A stretch of DNA of 42,514 bases from an uncultured Candidatus Bathyarchaeia archaeon (GTDB lineage Archaea > Thermoproteota > Bathyarchaeia > Hecatellales > Hecatellaceae), in contig CAZAHF010000003.1 in the NCBI GenBank assembly GCA_964484995.1, forward strand, positions 4,400-46,913, given 5' to 3'. The notes under the pieces are model-generated. The model was not told the origin of the DNA. It saw nothing but the letters and a program-made list of their open reading frames with translations, and ran no database searches. This document shows, in pieces, positions 17,742 to 27,235 of the stretch; the stretch's first letter is position 1, and the number at the start of each line of letters is the position of its first letter. The translations under genes and the position numbers were made by a program.

Positions 17742-19775
17742 TCTACAAAGACAGGCTTTAAGTGAAGGATAACCAGAAATAGGGTCTCTCTCTTTGTCGT
17801 CTGTTAAAAGGTTTACGTTAGCTTCAACCCATCCATGCGGAATACTTACAACACCTGGCAAAATATCCTCAGTAATCTTAGCCTTAACCTTTATACTTCC
17901 ACGTAAAGTTTTAACTATAACAGTTTCACCATTAGAAACATTAAGCTTTTCCGCTGTTTTAGGATGAACTTCAACCGTAGGCTCAGGTTCATTTTTACGA
18001 AGCACCTCTAAATTTCGATATCTTGAATGGGTATAGTAAAGGCTTCTTGCACCTGTTGTTAAAACTAGTGGGTATTCTTCAGCTAAACTAGGGTTTAAAG
18101 GGCTTTCTAAAGGTTCAACATGGGTTGGTAGAGGGTCATAACCAAGATTTTTAAGTGTCTCAGAATAAAACTCTATCTTCTTTGTTGGGGTTCGAAAACC
18201 TCTTCCCTCATAGTCTCCAGGTTTTTTTGAACCATAAAAAAGACCAGCTGAGTTTTCTTTAAGCTTTTTAATGGTTAACCCGGTAGGTTTAAGCATTTCC
18301 TCAATAGCTTCTTCCTCATTTTCCCATGGGAAATACTCTTCATAACCCATTCTTTTTGCAAGCTCAAACCAAATCTTCCAGTCAGACCAACTTTCATAGA
18401 GAGGCTCTACTACTTTATTTCTAAAAGCAACATAAGGAATACCTGAGAGACTATAGTCAAAAATTCCTGTTTTCTCTAGGAAGGTGCATGCAGGAAGCAC
18501 TAGATTTGCAAGTTTAGCTGTTTCTGTCATAAAAATGTCGATTACAACAAGAAACTCAAGCTTTTTTAAAGCTTCTAAAACTTTTTTTGTGTTAGGCCAT
18601 GTAAGAATGGGATTTCCGCCGCAAATAATCATTGCTTTGATAGGGTAAGGTTTACCTGTAAGTAAAACCTCAGGTAAAACTACTGCTTGTCCTTCACCAT
18701 AAATTCTTCCCCAAAAACCATAAAATACCGGATACTCTTTAACACCTAAAGGTTTCTCAGAATCCTCTTTCTTGATTCTCATAGGGTTAACTCTTAACCT
18801 TGAAATGGTTATCCATCCACCTTCAACATCAATGTTCCCAGTTAAGGCTTGAAGAATCGCATGTGCACGGTTAGCCTGAACAGAAGCTACCTGTAGATTT
18901 AAAGCATTACCTGAAACAATACATGAAGGCTTATTAGTAGCATAAATTCTTGCAGCTTCTTTTATTGTTTCAGCCGGAACCCATGTTATTTTTTCAACTT
19001 CTTCTGGCGGATACTTTCTTACATGTTCTCTAAGCTCTTTAAATCCGTAAACCCAGTTTTCCACAAACTTTTCATCGTAAAGCTTCTCATCTATTATTAC
19101 GTTTATTAATCCTAAAGCCAAAGCACAGTCTGTTCCAGGTCTAGGCTGAATATGTAGGTCTGCTTTTTTAGCAAGCTCTGTTTTCTTACAGTCAACAACC
19201 ACAAGTTTTGCTCCTTTCTTTTTTGCTTCAAGAATATGTTTTAGTAGTGGTGGGCTAGAGTTAGATGGGTTAAAAGCCCAAAGAACTATACAACGTGATT
19301 TTTGAATATCGGGTTCTGGAAGCTTTCCAAGAGTTAGAAGAACTCCAAGAACTCTTGAACGAAAGCATAAACTTGCTGAAGAAAAAACGTTTGGAGTTCC
19401 GTACACGTCACAAAATCTATGAATAAAATGGTAGATGTCATGGTGACCTAGGCCTTCACCATAATAAACAGCTAAAGCTTTAGCCCCATACTTTTCTTTC
19501 ACCTCTTTAAGCTTTAAAGCAATAAGGTTTAATGCTTCATCCCAACTTATTTTCATCCACTTGCCGTTTTTTCTAACAATTGGATGCTTTAGCCTGTCAG
19601 GTGAATATAGGTAGTCTATGGCTGCATAACCTTTTGGACATAGTGCTCCTAAACTTTTTGGGTTTTCAGCAACACCCTCAACCTTTACAGCCTTACCGTT
19701 CTCCACGTAAACTCTTATTCCACACCCTTCACTACACATTCCACAAATAGTTTGAACAGTTTTTATGTTCCCCAT
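17727..19775 (-). CDS. Mo/W-bisPGD oxidoreductase, acetylene-hydratase-like subfamily
   Basis: N-terminal CGMCSEGC...C [4Fe-4S] motif, SLCF putative Cys metal ligand, PGTDCALALG, C-terminal LTTGARSLYYTHS...VEVHP...PHGW; no Tat signal. Confidence 0.9.
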   Translation of the reverse strand: MGNIKTVQTICGMCSEGCGIRVYVENGKAVKVEGVAENPKSLGALCPKGYAAIDYLYSPDRLKHPIVRKNGKWMKISWDEALNLIALKLKEVKEKYGAKALAVYYGEGLGHHDIYHFIHRFCDVYGTPNVFSSASLCFRSRVLGVLLTLGKLPEPDIQKSRCIVLWAFNPSNSSPPLLKHILEAKKKGAKLVVVDCKKTELAKKADLHIQPRPGTDCALALGLINVIIDEKLYDEKFVENWVYGFKELREHVRKYPPEEVEKITWVPAETIKEAARIYATNKPSCIVSGNALNLQVASVQANRAHAILQALTGNIDVEGGWITISRLRVNPMRIKKEDSEKPLGVKEYPVFYGFWGRIYGEGQAVVLPEVLLTGKPYPIKAMIICGGNPILTWPNTKKVLEALKKLEFLVVIDIFMTETAKLANLVLPACTFLEKTGIFDYSLSGIPYVAFRNKVVEPLYESWSDWKIWFELAKRMGYEEYFPWENEEEAIEEMLKPTGLTIKKLKENSAGLFYGSKKPGDYEGRGFRTPTKKIEFYSETLKNLGYDPLPTHVEPLESPLNPSLAEEYPLVLTTGARSLYYTHSRYRNLEVLRKNEPEPTVEVHPKTAEKLNVSNGETVIVKTLRGSIKVKAKITEDILPGVVSIPHGWVEANVNLLTDDKERDPISGYPSLKACLCRLEKL

Positions 19776-19907
19776 ATGGATACACCTAACCGTATGGAAT
19801 AGTTTAGATAAAACCTATCCATTAATAGTTTCGCTTACTAAAAAACGTAACTTCATTTGGTTAAAACAAAAATAATTTTAGGTTGACAGTCTACAATCTG
19901 TGTTTAG

Positions 19908-20210
19908 GTGTTTATTGTTTTGGAGGAACTGGCAAAAATCCGAAAGGAAATAGATGTTGTAGACAAAGAAATCGTCAAAATGCTTGTTAAAAGATTTAGG
20001 CTTGTTGAAAGAATTTCTAAGGTAAAAGCTGAACATGGGATTCCTCTAGTTGATGCTGAAAGAGAAAGACAGGTACTCTCTAAAGTTAGAAGTTTAGCTG
20101 AGAAGCATGAAGTAAACCCAAGCTTGGTTGAGGAAATATTTAAGGCAATAATTGAATCATGCAAAAAACATGAAAAATTTATGATGAACGCTAGCAAAGA
20201 TTATATTTAG
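19908..20210 (+). CDS. Stand-alone chorismate mutase (AroQ type)
   Basis: LAKIRKEIDVVDKEIVKMLVKR...K...D.ERERQVL. Confidence 0.85.
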   Translation: MFIVLEELAKIRKEIDVVDKEIVKMLVKRFRLVERISKVKAEHGIPLVDAERERQVLSKVRSLAEKHEVNPSLVEEIFKAIIESCKKHEKFMMNASKDYI

Positions 20211-20218
20211 CTTTCTGA

Positions 20219-20494
20219 ATGATTCATTTGATGGTTTTAGCTGAAAACATGTTTGAGGTTGGTTTTCTACTCATAATTACAGGGTTTATTGTAATCTTCT
20301 TAGCTGTAATACTATCTGCTTTTACTCGTAAAGGTGGAGATGTTAAAGGTGGGGGAGTTATACTTATAGGGCCTTTCCCCATTGTTTTTGGCTCCGACAC
20401 AAAAACGGTTAAGACTCTTATTCTTCTTGTTCTTATCCTAATGGTTTTTGTTTTAGCCATAGCTTTTATTCCAACAATAACCCTTTGGAGGTAA
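20219..20494 (+). CDS. DUF131 family membrane protein
   Basis: Two TM helices around GGGVILIGPFPIVFGSD signature. Confidence 0.85.
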   Translation: MIHLMVLAENMFEVGFLLIITGFIVIFLAVILSAFTRKGGDVKGGGVILIGPFPIVFGSDTKTVKTLILLVLILMVFVLAIAFIPTITLWR

Positions 20495-20500
20495 AAAATT

Positions 20501-20911
20501 TTGAGCATCTCCTGTGAAGTATGCGGAGAAAGAAAAGCAGTTTACGTATGCCAAAAGTGTGGTAGAAGAGTCTGTGATTTTTGTGTAGACCCAGCAACCT
20601 TAACATGTAAAAACTGCTACTTATCTCGTCCTGTTGAGGCTTATCCGGTTTCAACAAGTCTTGTGTATAACTTATTCCCGAAACTTATAATTCTTGGAAT
20701 AATCCTTACTTTTGCTGGGTTTTCTCTAATCTTTCTTTCAACACTTTTTGCTGGTGTTGGAACAGCTTCATCTGGAGGATTTATCTGGATTTTTCCGTTT
20801 CCACCTATCCTTTTTGGTTCAGGTTTTGATAATCCTGTGGGTTGGTTGACGTTTACACTTTTAGCTGTTTTTCTGGGTTTTCTTATTTTTACGCTTATTA
20901 AAACTTATTAA
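20501..20911 (+). CDS. Zn-finger (4x CxxC) fused to DUF131-like membrane domain
   Basis: CEVC, CQKC, CDFC, CKNC then TM segments with GGFIWIFPFPPILFGSG. Confidence 0.75.
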   Translation: MSISCEVCGERKAVYVCQKCGRRVCDFCVDPATLTCKNCYLSRPVEAYPVSTSLVYNLFPKLIILGIILTFAGFSLIFLSTLFAGVGTASSGGFIWIFPFPPILFGSGFDNPVGWLTFTLLAVFLGFLIFTLIKTY

Positions 20912-20930
20912 GTCTTAATAGTAGTTTTGT

Positions 20931-21446
20931 TTAAAGATAGATAAAGCCTGATATTTTTGGTTTAACTGGTAGGTTGGCTGTTGAGTATACTTGTTCTTCT
21001 CTAGTGTCAAGTGCTATTTCAACAAATTCTGGTAGGATGTTTCTTATGAGGTGGTTTGATGGTTTACCGTAAATTATTCCTTCACATTTTGTGTCAACAT
21101 AGATGTATAGGTTTTCTCCACCATACTGGTAGAGTGCTTCTTTAGCAAAACCATATTTGGGATACTTGTAAACTTTGAAAGGCCAGAGTTTACATGCTTT
21201 AGGTTTCATATCCTGAATTGCACAAAGATATTTTCCCATGAATTCATATTGAAAAACACAGCGGTTTTCAGCTGTTCTCTTAAGATAAAATCCTGTTAAT
21301 CCTGTCTCAGTATATTCGTATCCAAGTTTTTGAACTATTCTTGCCCACTCTTTTGGGGTTAAGGGTATAAGTGAAGAAGTACAGCAAATGTTTCCACAAC
21401 CTAGACATCTCCAGGATTTAATGTGGCTCCAAGGAATAATTCTCAA
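20931..21446 (-). CDS. YkgJ/UPF0153 family cysteine-cluster protein
   Basis: CLGCGNICC, C..Q...LCAIQDMKPKACKLWPF. Confidence 0.85.
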   Translation of the reverse strand: MRIIPWSHIKSWRCLGCGNICCTSSLIPLTPKEWARIVQKLGYEYTETGLTGFYLKRTAENRCVFQYEFMGKYLCAIQDMKPKACKLWPFKVYKYPKYGFAKEALYQYGGENLYIYVDTKCEGIIYGKPSNHLIRNILPEFVEIALDTREEQVYSTANLPVKPKISGFIYL

Positions 21447-21564
21447 TTTCTGCTCCTCAAAACCCGTCTTTTTGTCTAGTTTTCAGATTTTTATCCTTAA
21501 GATTAAGTTTTTTGTTTTAGGGTTAATCTTCATAACCATGAATTTAGCTACTATTATACGTTAG

Positions 21565-22674
21565 GTGAAACTGTTGAATTTAAACAGCAAAAAAATAAAA
21601 ACCTACAAGGATTCTGGTGTTGATGTTGAAAAAGAGGATGAAGCCTTAAAACGTGTTGTTGAATGGTGTAGTAAAACTTTTGGTTTAAGAAAAGATATAG
21701 GCAGCCCAGTTATCCCTATAGCTCATTTTGCCGGTATTATTAAGTTTTCAAATGAGCTTGGTTTAGCAATAAAAACTGATGGTGTTGGAACAAAGGTTTT
21801 CATAGCTCAACTTATGGATAAATATGACACAGTTGGAATTGATTGTGTTGCTATGAATGTAAACGATGTTATTTGTGTTGGGGCAGAACCGATTTCTTTT
21901 GTAGATTATTTAGCTATCCAAAAACCAGACCCAAAAATTTTGGAGGAGATAGCTAAAGGTTTAGCTTTAGGGGCTGAAAAAGCAAGGGTAACGATTGTTG
22001 GTGGTGAAATTGCCCAGCTGCCGGAGATGATTATGGGTAAGCGTGAAGGTTGTGGATTTGACCTTGTGGGTATGTGTGTAGGTGTTGTTAGACTTGATAA
22101 AATAGTTACTGGTGAAAAGCTTGTTGATGGAGATGTTGTAATTGGACTTGAAAGCTCAGGAATTCATAGTAATGGTTTAACACTTGCAAGAAAAGTTCTT
22201 CTAGAAAAAGCTGGGTTAAAAGTTGACAGTCATATTGATGAGTTGGGTAGAAGTCTAGGTGAAGAACTACTTGAGCCTACAAAAATCTATGTGCCAGAAG
22301 TTATGGAGATGCTTAAAGAGGGATTAAACCTAAAAGTTATGGCCCATATTACAGGGAAGGGTTTACTAAACCTTTTAAGAGTTGGGGGAGGTTTCGGCTA
22401 TCTTATAGAGAATATTCCTCAACCTCCAGCAATTTTTAATCTTATCCAGAAGTATGGAGAAATTTCAGATGAGGAAATGTATAAAGTTTACAACATGGGT
22501 ATAGGTTTTTGTTTAGTTCTGCCAAAAGAGGAAGCTGACAAAGCTTTAACAATAGCTGAGAAACATAACACAAAAGGATGGGTTTTAGGTAAAGCTGTAA
22601 AAGACCCTGAAAGAAGGCTTATCTTAAAACCAAAAAAACTTTTAGGGACTAAAGGAAAATTCGTAAAATTCTGA
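21565..22674 (+). CDS. purM: Phosphoribosylformylglycinamidine cyclo-ligase (AIR synthetase)
   Basis: TYKDSGVD, TDGVGTK, VGGEIA, SSGIHSNG, AHITG, YNMGIG. Confidence 0.96.
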   Translation: MKLLNLNSKKIKTYKDSGVDVEKEDEALKRVVEWCSKTFGLRKDIGSPVIPIAHFAGIIKFSNELGLAIKTDGVGTKVFIAQLMDKYDTVGIDCVAMNVNDVICVGAEPISFVDYLAIQKPDPKILEEIAKGLALGAEKARVTIVGGEIAQLPEMIMGKREGCGFDLVGMCVGVVRLDKIVTGEKLVDGDVVIGLESSGIHSNGLTLARKVLLEKAGLKVDSHIDELGRSLGEELLEPTKIYVPEVMEMLKEGLNLKVMAHITGKGLLNLLRVGGGFGYLIENIPQPPAIFNLIQKYGEISDEEMYKVYNMGIGFCLVLPKEEADKALTIAEKHNTKGWVLGKAVKDPERRLILKPKKLLGTKGKFVKF

Positions 22675-22844
22675 TACTAAAAAGCTTCAAAAGCTTCTAA
22701 CCAAAAAGTTTTTACTAAGTTAAAACTTAATGTTTTTAAGGTGTAAAACTAGCTTATATCTGCTAGGAAAAATCTGATTGAAAAACAATTTTTGCTGTTT
22801 AATATAAAATCTATAAGTTATTTAGAAAAAGGGGTGTTGGTCTT

Positions 22845-23924
22845 ATGGGCTCGATTAAAGTTGCAATTACGGGTGTTGGGAACTGTGCCTCCTCACTTAT
22901 ACAAGGAGTATACTTTTACAGGGATGTTAGTGATGAAACAGAGATACCTGGACTAATGCATCCTGTCTTTGGCGGGTATAGAATTAGAGACATAGAGTTT
23001 GTTGCTGCTTTTGATGTTGATCCAAGAAAAATCGGTAAAGACTTAGGTGAAGCTATCTTTACACCACCAAACTGTACAGTCAAATTTTCTGATGTTCCAA
23101 AGCTTGGTGTTAAAGTTCAGCCTGCTCCAATACTTGACGGTGTTGCACCTCATATGAGAGGAGCTTTCGGTTTAGAAGATAAAAAACAAATAGAACCTGT
23201 TAATGTAGCTGATGTTCTTAGAGAGTCTGGGGCTGAAATGCTGATTAGCTATCTGCCTGTAGGTAGTGGTAAAGCAACAGAGTTTTATGCTAATGAGGCG
23301 TTAAAAGCAAAATGTGGTTTTATTAACGCTATTCCAGAGTTTATTGCTTCAGATCCTGTTTGGGCTAAAAAATTTGAGGAAGCAAATCTACCGTTAGCTG
23401 GTGATGACATTAAAAGCCAGATTGGAGCAACAATTCTTCACAGAACACTTGTAAACCTGCTTGAAAGCAGAGGAGTAAAAGTTGAGGAGACCTACCAGAT
23501 AAACATAGGTGGAAACACTGACTTCTTAAACATGACTGTTGAAGAACGTTTAAGCAGAAAAAGAATAAGCAAAACAGAGGCTGTGACAAGTCTCTTACCC
23601 TACGAGATACCTGTAAGGATAGGGCCTTCAGACTATGTACCTTTTCTAAAAGACAGAAAAATATGCTACATATACATCAAAGGCAAAAAGTTTGGTGATG
23701 TACCTGTCTACATAGATGTTAAACTTAATGTTGAAGATTCACCTAATAGTGCTGGTGTTATGATTGATGTTATTAGAGCTATGAAACTTGCATTAGACAG
23801 AGGTGTAAAAGGAGTCTTAACAAGCATTTCAGCCTACGCATTTAAACATCCACCAATCCAGGTTCCAGATAACATAGCAAGACAATGGGTTGAAGAGTTT
23901 ATCGAGGGAAAACGGGAAAGATAA
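22845..23924 (+). CDS. ino1: myo-inositol-1-phosphate synthase
   Basis: GVGNCASSL, YLPVGS, GDDIKSQIGAT, NIGGNTDF, EDSPNSAG. Confidence 0.95.
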   Translation: MGSIKVAITGVGNCASSLIQGVYFYRDVSDETEIPGLMHPVFGGYRIRDIEFVAAFDVDPRKIGKDLGEAIFTPPNCTVKFSDVPKLGVKVQPAPILDGVAPHMRGAFGLEDKKQIEPVNVADVLRESGAEMLISYLPVGSGKATEFYANEALKAKCGFINAIPEFIASDPVWAKKFEEANLPLAGDDIKSQIGATILHRTLVNLLESRGVKVEETYQINIGGNTDFLNMTVEERLSRKRISKTEAVTSLLPYEIPVRIGPSDYVPFLKDRKICYIYIKGKKFGDVPVYIDVKLNVEDSPNSAGVMIDVIRAMKLALDRGVKGVLTSISAYAFKHPPIQVPDNIARQWVEEFIEGKRER

Positions 23925-24013
23925 AAGTACCGAGACAAAACGTTAAAAGCTAGCTGCTACACAATTATTATATCCAAAAAACCTTATATTCTACATTTTT
24001 GGTTGGTGTAAAA

Positions 24014-24997
24014 ATGCCAAAACTTCCAGATGTACCTCTAACTGAAGAAGAACTTATTGACATGTACCAGAAAATGCTTACCATAAGAATGTTTGAGGAA
24101 AAAGCCTATGAACTTTTTACAAAAGGCTACATTCCAGGGGCAATTCATAGTTCTGTAGGTCAAGAAGCTGTTGCTGTTGGAGGTATTGCAGCCATAAGAA
24201 AAGAAGACTATGTTTTAGGTTCTCATAGGGGACATGGCCACTGTATTGCTAAGGGTGGAGATCCGAAAAGGATGATGGCTGAACTTTTCGGTAAGGCAAC
24301 AGGTTATTGTAAGGGTAAAGGCGGCTCTATGCATATCACCGACCCTAAGGTAGGACATCTAGGAGCAATAAGTATAGTTGGCGCCCAAATACCAATAGCT
24401 GTTGGTGTAGGCTTATCGATTAAGCTAAGAAAAACAGACCAAGTTTGTCTTTGTTTTTTTGGGGATGGTGCAGCTAACCAAGGAACTTTTCATGAAGGGT
24501 TAAATCTCGCATCTCTATGGAAGCTTCCAGTAATATTTATTTGTGAAAACAATCTTTATGCAGTAACAGTTCATGTTTCTAAATCTACCTCAGTAGAGAA
24601 TATAGCTCAAAGAGCTGTAGCATACAATATGCCTGGCGTAGTTGTTGACGGTATGGATGTTATAGCAGTCTATAAGGCTGCTTCTGAGGCTGTTAAAAAA
24701 GCAAGAAATGGGGAGGGACCTACACTTATAGAATGTAAAACCTACAGGTATTACGGCCATTCTAGAGGCGATCCTCCCTACGGTCCCTATAGAAAAAAAG
24801 AAGAATGGGAGGAGTGGAAAAGAAGAGACCCAATACCAAGGTTTAGAAGCATCCTAATAGAAAACAATGTTTTAACCGAGGAGGATGATAAGAGAATCCA
24901 GCAGAATGTTGTTAACCTTATTGAAGAAGCTGTTAAATTTGCTTTTGAAAGTCCAAATCCTTCACCTGAGGATGCTTTTAAAGATATTTATGTGTAG
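24014..24997 (+). CDS. TPP-dependent dehydrogenase E1 alpha, copy 1 (acetoin/pyruvate DH family)
   Basis: GQEA, SHRGHGH, GKGGSMH, GDGAANQGTFHE...ENN, YRYYGHS; ATG at 24014 preferred over track start 23999 (GGTG SD upstream). Confidence 0.93.
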   Translation: MPKLPDVPLTEEELIDMYQKMLTIRMFEEKAYELFTKGYIPGAIHSSVGQEAVAVGGIAAIRKEDYVLGSHRGHGHCIAKGGDPKRMMAELFGKATGYCKGKGGSMHITDPKVGHLGAISIVGAQIPIAVGVGLSIKLRKTDQVCLCFFGDGAANQGTFHEGLNLASLWKLPVIFICENNLYAVTVHVSKSTSVENIAQRAVAYNMPGVVVDGMDVIAVYKAASEAVKKARNGEGPTLIECKTYRYYGHSRGDPPYGPYRKKEEWEEWKRRDPIPRFRSILIENNVLTEEDDKRIQQNVVNLIEEAVKFAFESPNPSPEDAFKDIYV

Positions 24998-25006
24998 GTG
25001 TGGTTT

Positions 25007-25984
25007 ATGGTAAGAGAAATAGCCTATTTTGAGGCTCTTAGAGAAGCTTTAAGAGAAGAAATGTTAAAGGATGAAACTGTTTTTGTTATGGGGGAAGACA
25101 TAAAGCTTGGATACATTTTTGGTGTTACAAGAGGACTTGCTGAAGAGTTTGGTGAAGAACGTGTTAGAGACACACCAATATCAGAAAATACTCTTGTAGG
25201 AGCTGGTCTTGGTGCAGCAATAACAGGAACAAGACCTGTTGTTGAAATTATGTTTGCAGACCTTCTATGTTTAGCTATGGATCAGCTGGTAAACGAAATT
25301 GCAAAACTAAGATACATTACCGGCGGCCAAATTGAAAAAATACCTTTAGTTGTAAGAACACCTTTAGGTGTTTGGAAAGGTTATGGTGCAACCCACTCTC
25401 AGTCTCTTGAATCCTGGTTTGTTCATGTTCCAGGTTTAAAGGTTGTTATCGTGTCAACCCCCTACGATGCTAAAGGATTACTAAAATCTGCGATAAGAGA
25501 TGACAATCCTGTCCTTTTCTTTGAACATAAATCTCTTTACAGGATGACAGGACCTGTTCCAGAGGAAGAATATCTAATACCGCTTGGAAAAGCCGATATT
25601 AAAAGAGAAGGTGAAGATGTAACTATCATCAGTTATGGGTTAATGTTACATCGCACCCTTTCAGCTGCAAAAAAGCTTGAGGAGGATGGGATAAACGTTG
25701 AGGTTGTTGACCCCAGAACTCTTTTTCCTCTTGACCTTAAAACAATTTTAGATTCTGTCAAAAAAACTGGAAGACTTGTAATTGTGGAGGAAGACTGTAA
25801 AACTGGAGGGTTTGGTGCTGAGATTGCAGCTAGGGTTGTTGAGGAAGCCTTTGACTTTTTAGATGCCCCTATTAAACGAGTTGCAACTCCAGATGTACCA
25901 ATACCATTTAGTCCTGTTCTTGAGGAAGCTGTTCTTCCAAAAGAAGAAGATATAGTTAAAGCTGTAAAGGAAGTTGTTTTATAA
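25007..25984 (+). CDS. E1 beta, copy 1
   Basis: DTPISE, EIMFADL, GATHSQS, FFEHK, VVDPRTL; ATG 25007 preferred (GGTGTGG SD). Confidence 0.93.
   Translation: MVREIAYFEALREALREEMLKDETVFVMGEDIKLGYIFGVTRGLAEEFGEERVRDTPISENTLVGAGLGAAITGTRPVVEIMFADLLCLAMDQLVNEIAKLRYITGGQIEKIPLVVRTPLGVWKGYGATHSQSLESWFVHVPGLKVVIVSTPYDAKGLLKSAIRDDNPVLFFEHKSLYRMTGPVPEEEYLIPLGKADIKREGEDVTIISYGLMLHRTLSAAKKLEEDGINVEVVDPRTLFPLDLKTILDSVKKTGRLVIVEEDCKTGGFGAEIAARVVEEAFDFLDAPIKRVATPDVPIPFSPVLEEAVLPKEEDIVKAVKEVVL
25658..25832 (+). repeat. Direct repeat copy A (shared with 31304-31478)
   Basis: Exact runs of 65 bp (25658-25722), 43 bp (25740-25782) and 21 bp (25812-25832) at constant offset 5646. Confidence 0.92.
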
Positions 25985-26005
25985 GCTTTAAAAAATATTT
26001 TTGGT

Positions 26006-27232
26006 TTAGAGAACTCTATCTAAAAGTTCTGTAACATCATACATAGACATTTTTGAGTTCAAATTTTTTATAGCGTCTGTAAGGTTTCTATAGCAGAACG
26101 GACATGAGGAGACTAAGACATTACATCCTGTTTTTTCAGCTTCACGTATTCTTTCAGCAGCTAACCCTAATGACTGTTCTGTAAAACCTGCTCTTAATCC
26201 TCCTCCTGCTCCACAACAAAAAGCATTTAGTTTAACTCTATCCATCTCAACAAGCTCAACACCAGGTATATTTTTTAGAATTTCTCTTGGCTGATCTGCA
26301 ACCATAGCGTTTTTGCCAAGATGAGCTAGATGTCTTACAAGATGACATGGGTCATGGTAGGTTACTTTCATCTTTAATTCTTTTGTAATTTTAAGTTTAC
26401 CCTCCTTAATTAGTTGACTTAAAAATTCTGTGATGTGTAGAAGGTTAAAGTTTAGTTTGCCAAAAATTTCTTGGTAATCGGTTTTAAATGTTCGATAACA
26501 TCCTGCACATGAGAAAACAACAGTTTTAGCTCCAACCTTCTCTATTGCTTCAATGTTATGTTTAGCTTGTTCTTCACCAATTTCACGTGCACCAACTCTA
26601 AACAATGGGGAGCCACAACACCATTCCTCTAACCCAAGAATTGTAAAGTTTACTCCAAGCTTTTTTAATATGCTAACAGTTGCTTTAGCTATGTTTTTTT
26701 GACGGTAAGATGAGGTGCATCCAACATAGTAGACTATATCCGCGTTTTCCATAGGTTTAATATTAAATTCTTCAGGAAGCCAATCAAGCCTCTTATTATG
26801 AGGCTCTAGGTATGGGTTATGGTTTTGTTTTGTCCACTCAGCAAACCGTTTATGTTGAGGTAAACCAAAACCCATGGAAAATAGGTCTGCCCTAAAAGCC
26901 TCATATATTCCCACATGGTCTATATGGTCTTTAACATAACATTTATCCCAACAGTTTCGACATGTAGAACACATATAGAATATTTCAGAAATTCTTTTTC
27001 CCGTCTCCTCATTTATAGGGAGAAGTCCTTCTAAAACTGCTAAGGCTATTTCTACCTTACCTCTAGCCTCAAAGCTTTCAAACGGGTGAGCCTCCGTGAT
27101 ACGTAAGGGACATACACCATCCACATTATCTCTAAAACGAGTTTGGTCTCTACAATAACCACACTTTATACAGCGGTAAAGGTCTTTTTCATATTTTTTT
27201 AAATGTTTTAGTTGAGCTGCTGTTTCACCCAA
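26006..27232 (-). CDS. GlcF/HdrD-like (Fe-S)-binding protein with two CCG domains
   Basis: CIKCGYC...CP, CSTCRNCWDKC, CCGSP, CAGC, HDPCH, CCGAGGG, CPFC. Confidence 0.92.
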   Translation of the reverse strand: MGETAAQLKHLKKYEKDLYRCIKCGYCRDQTRFRDNVDGVCPLRITEAHPFESFEARGKVEIALAVLEGLLPINEETGKRISEIFYMCSTCRNCWDKCYVKDHIDHVGIYEAFRADLFSMGFGLPQHKRFAEWTKQNHNPYLEPHNKRLDWLPEEFNIKPMENADIVYYVGCTSSYRQKNIAKATVSILKKLGVNFTILGLEEWCCGSPLFRVGAREIGEEQAKHNIEAIEKVGAKTVVFSCAGCYRTFKTDYQEIFGKLNFNLLHITEFLSQLIKEGKLKITKELKMKVTYHDPCHLVRHLAHLGKNAMVADQPREILKNIPGVELVEMDRVKLNAFCCGAGGGLRAGFTEQSLGLAAERIREAEKTGCNVLVSSCPFCYRNLTDAIKNLNSKMSMYDVTELLDRVL

Positions 27233-27235
27233 ACT

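Noticed and set aside
17727-19775. Calling the Mo/W enzyme formate dehydrogenase or true acetylene hydratase
   Set aside because: No FDH Cys/Sec-His motif or partner subunits; the acetylene hydratase catalytic Asp position is Ser.
13351-20657. Short ORFs 13351-13560, 14024-14269, 16034-16222, 17123-17389, 17206-17424, 19904-20197, 20224-20508, 20466-20657
   Set aside because: Entirely or almost entirely overlap well-supported genes on the opposite strand; no independent motifs.
21483-21536. Possible minus-strand C/D sRNA (TTATGA...CTGA)
   Set aside because: Degenerate C box, no C'/D' pair, no terminal stem, A-rich interior.
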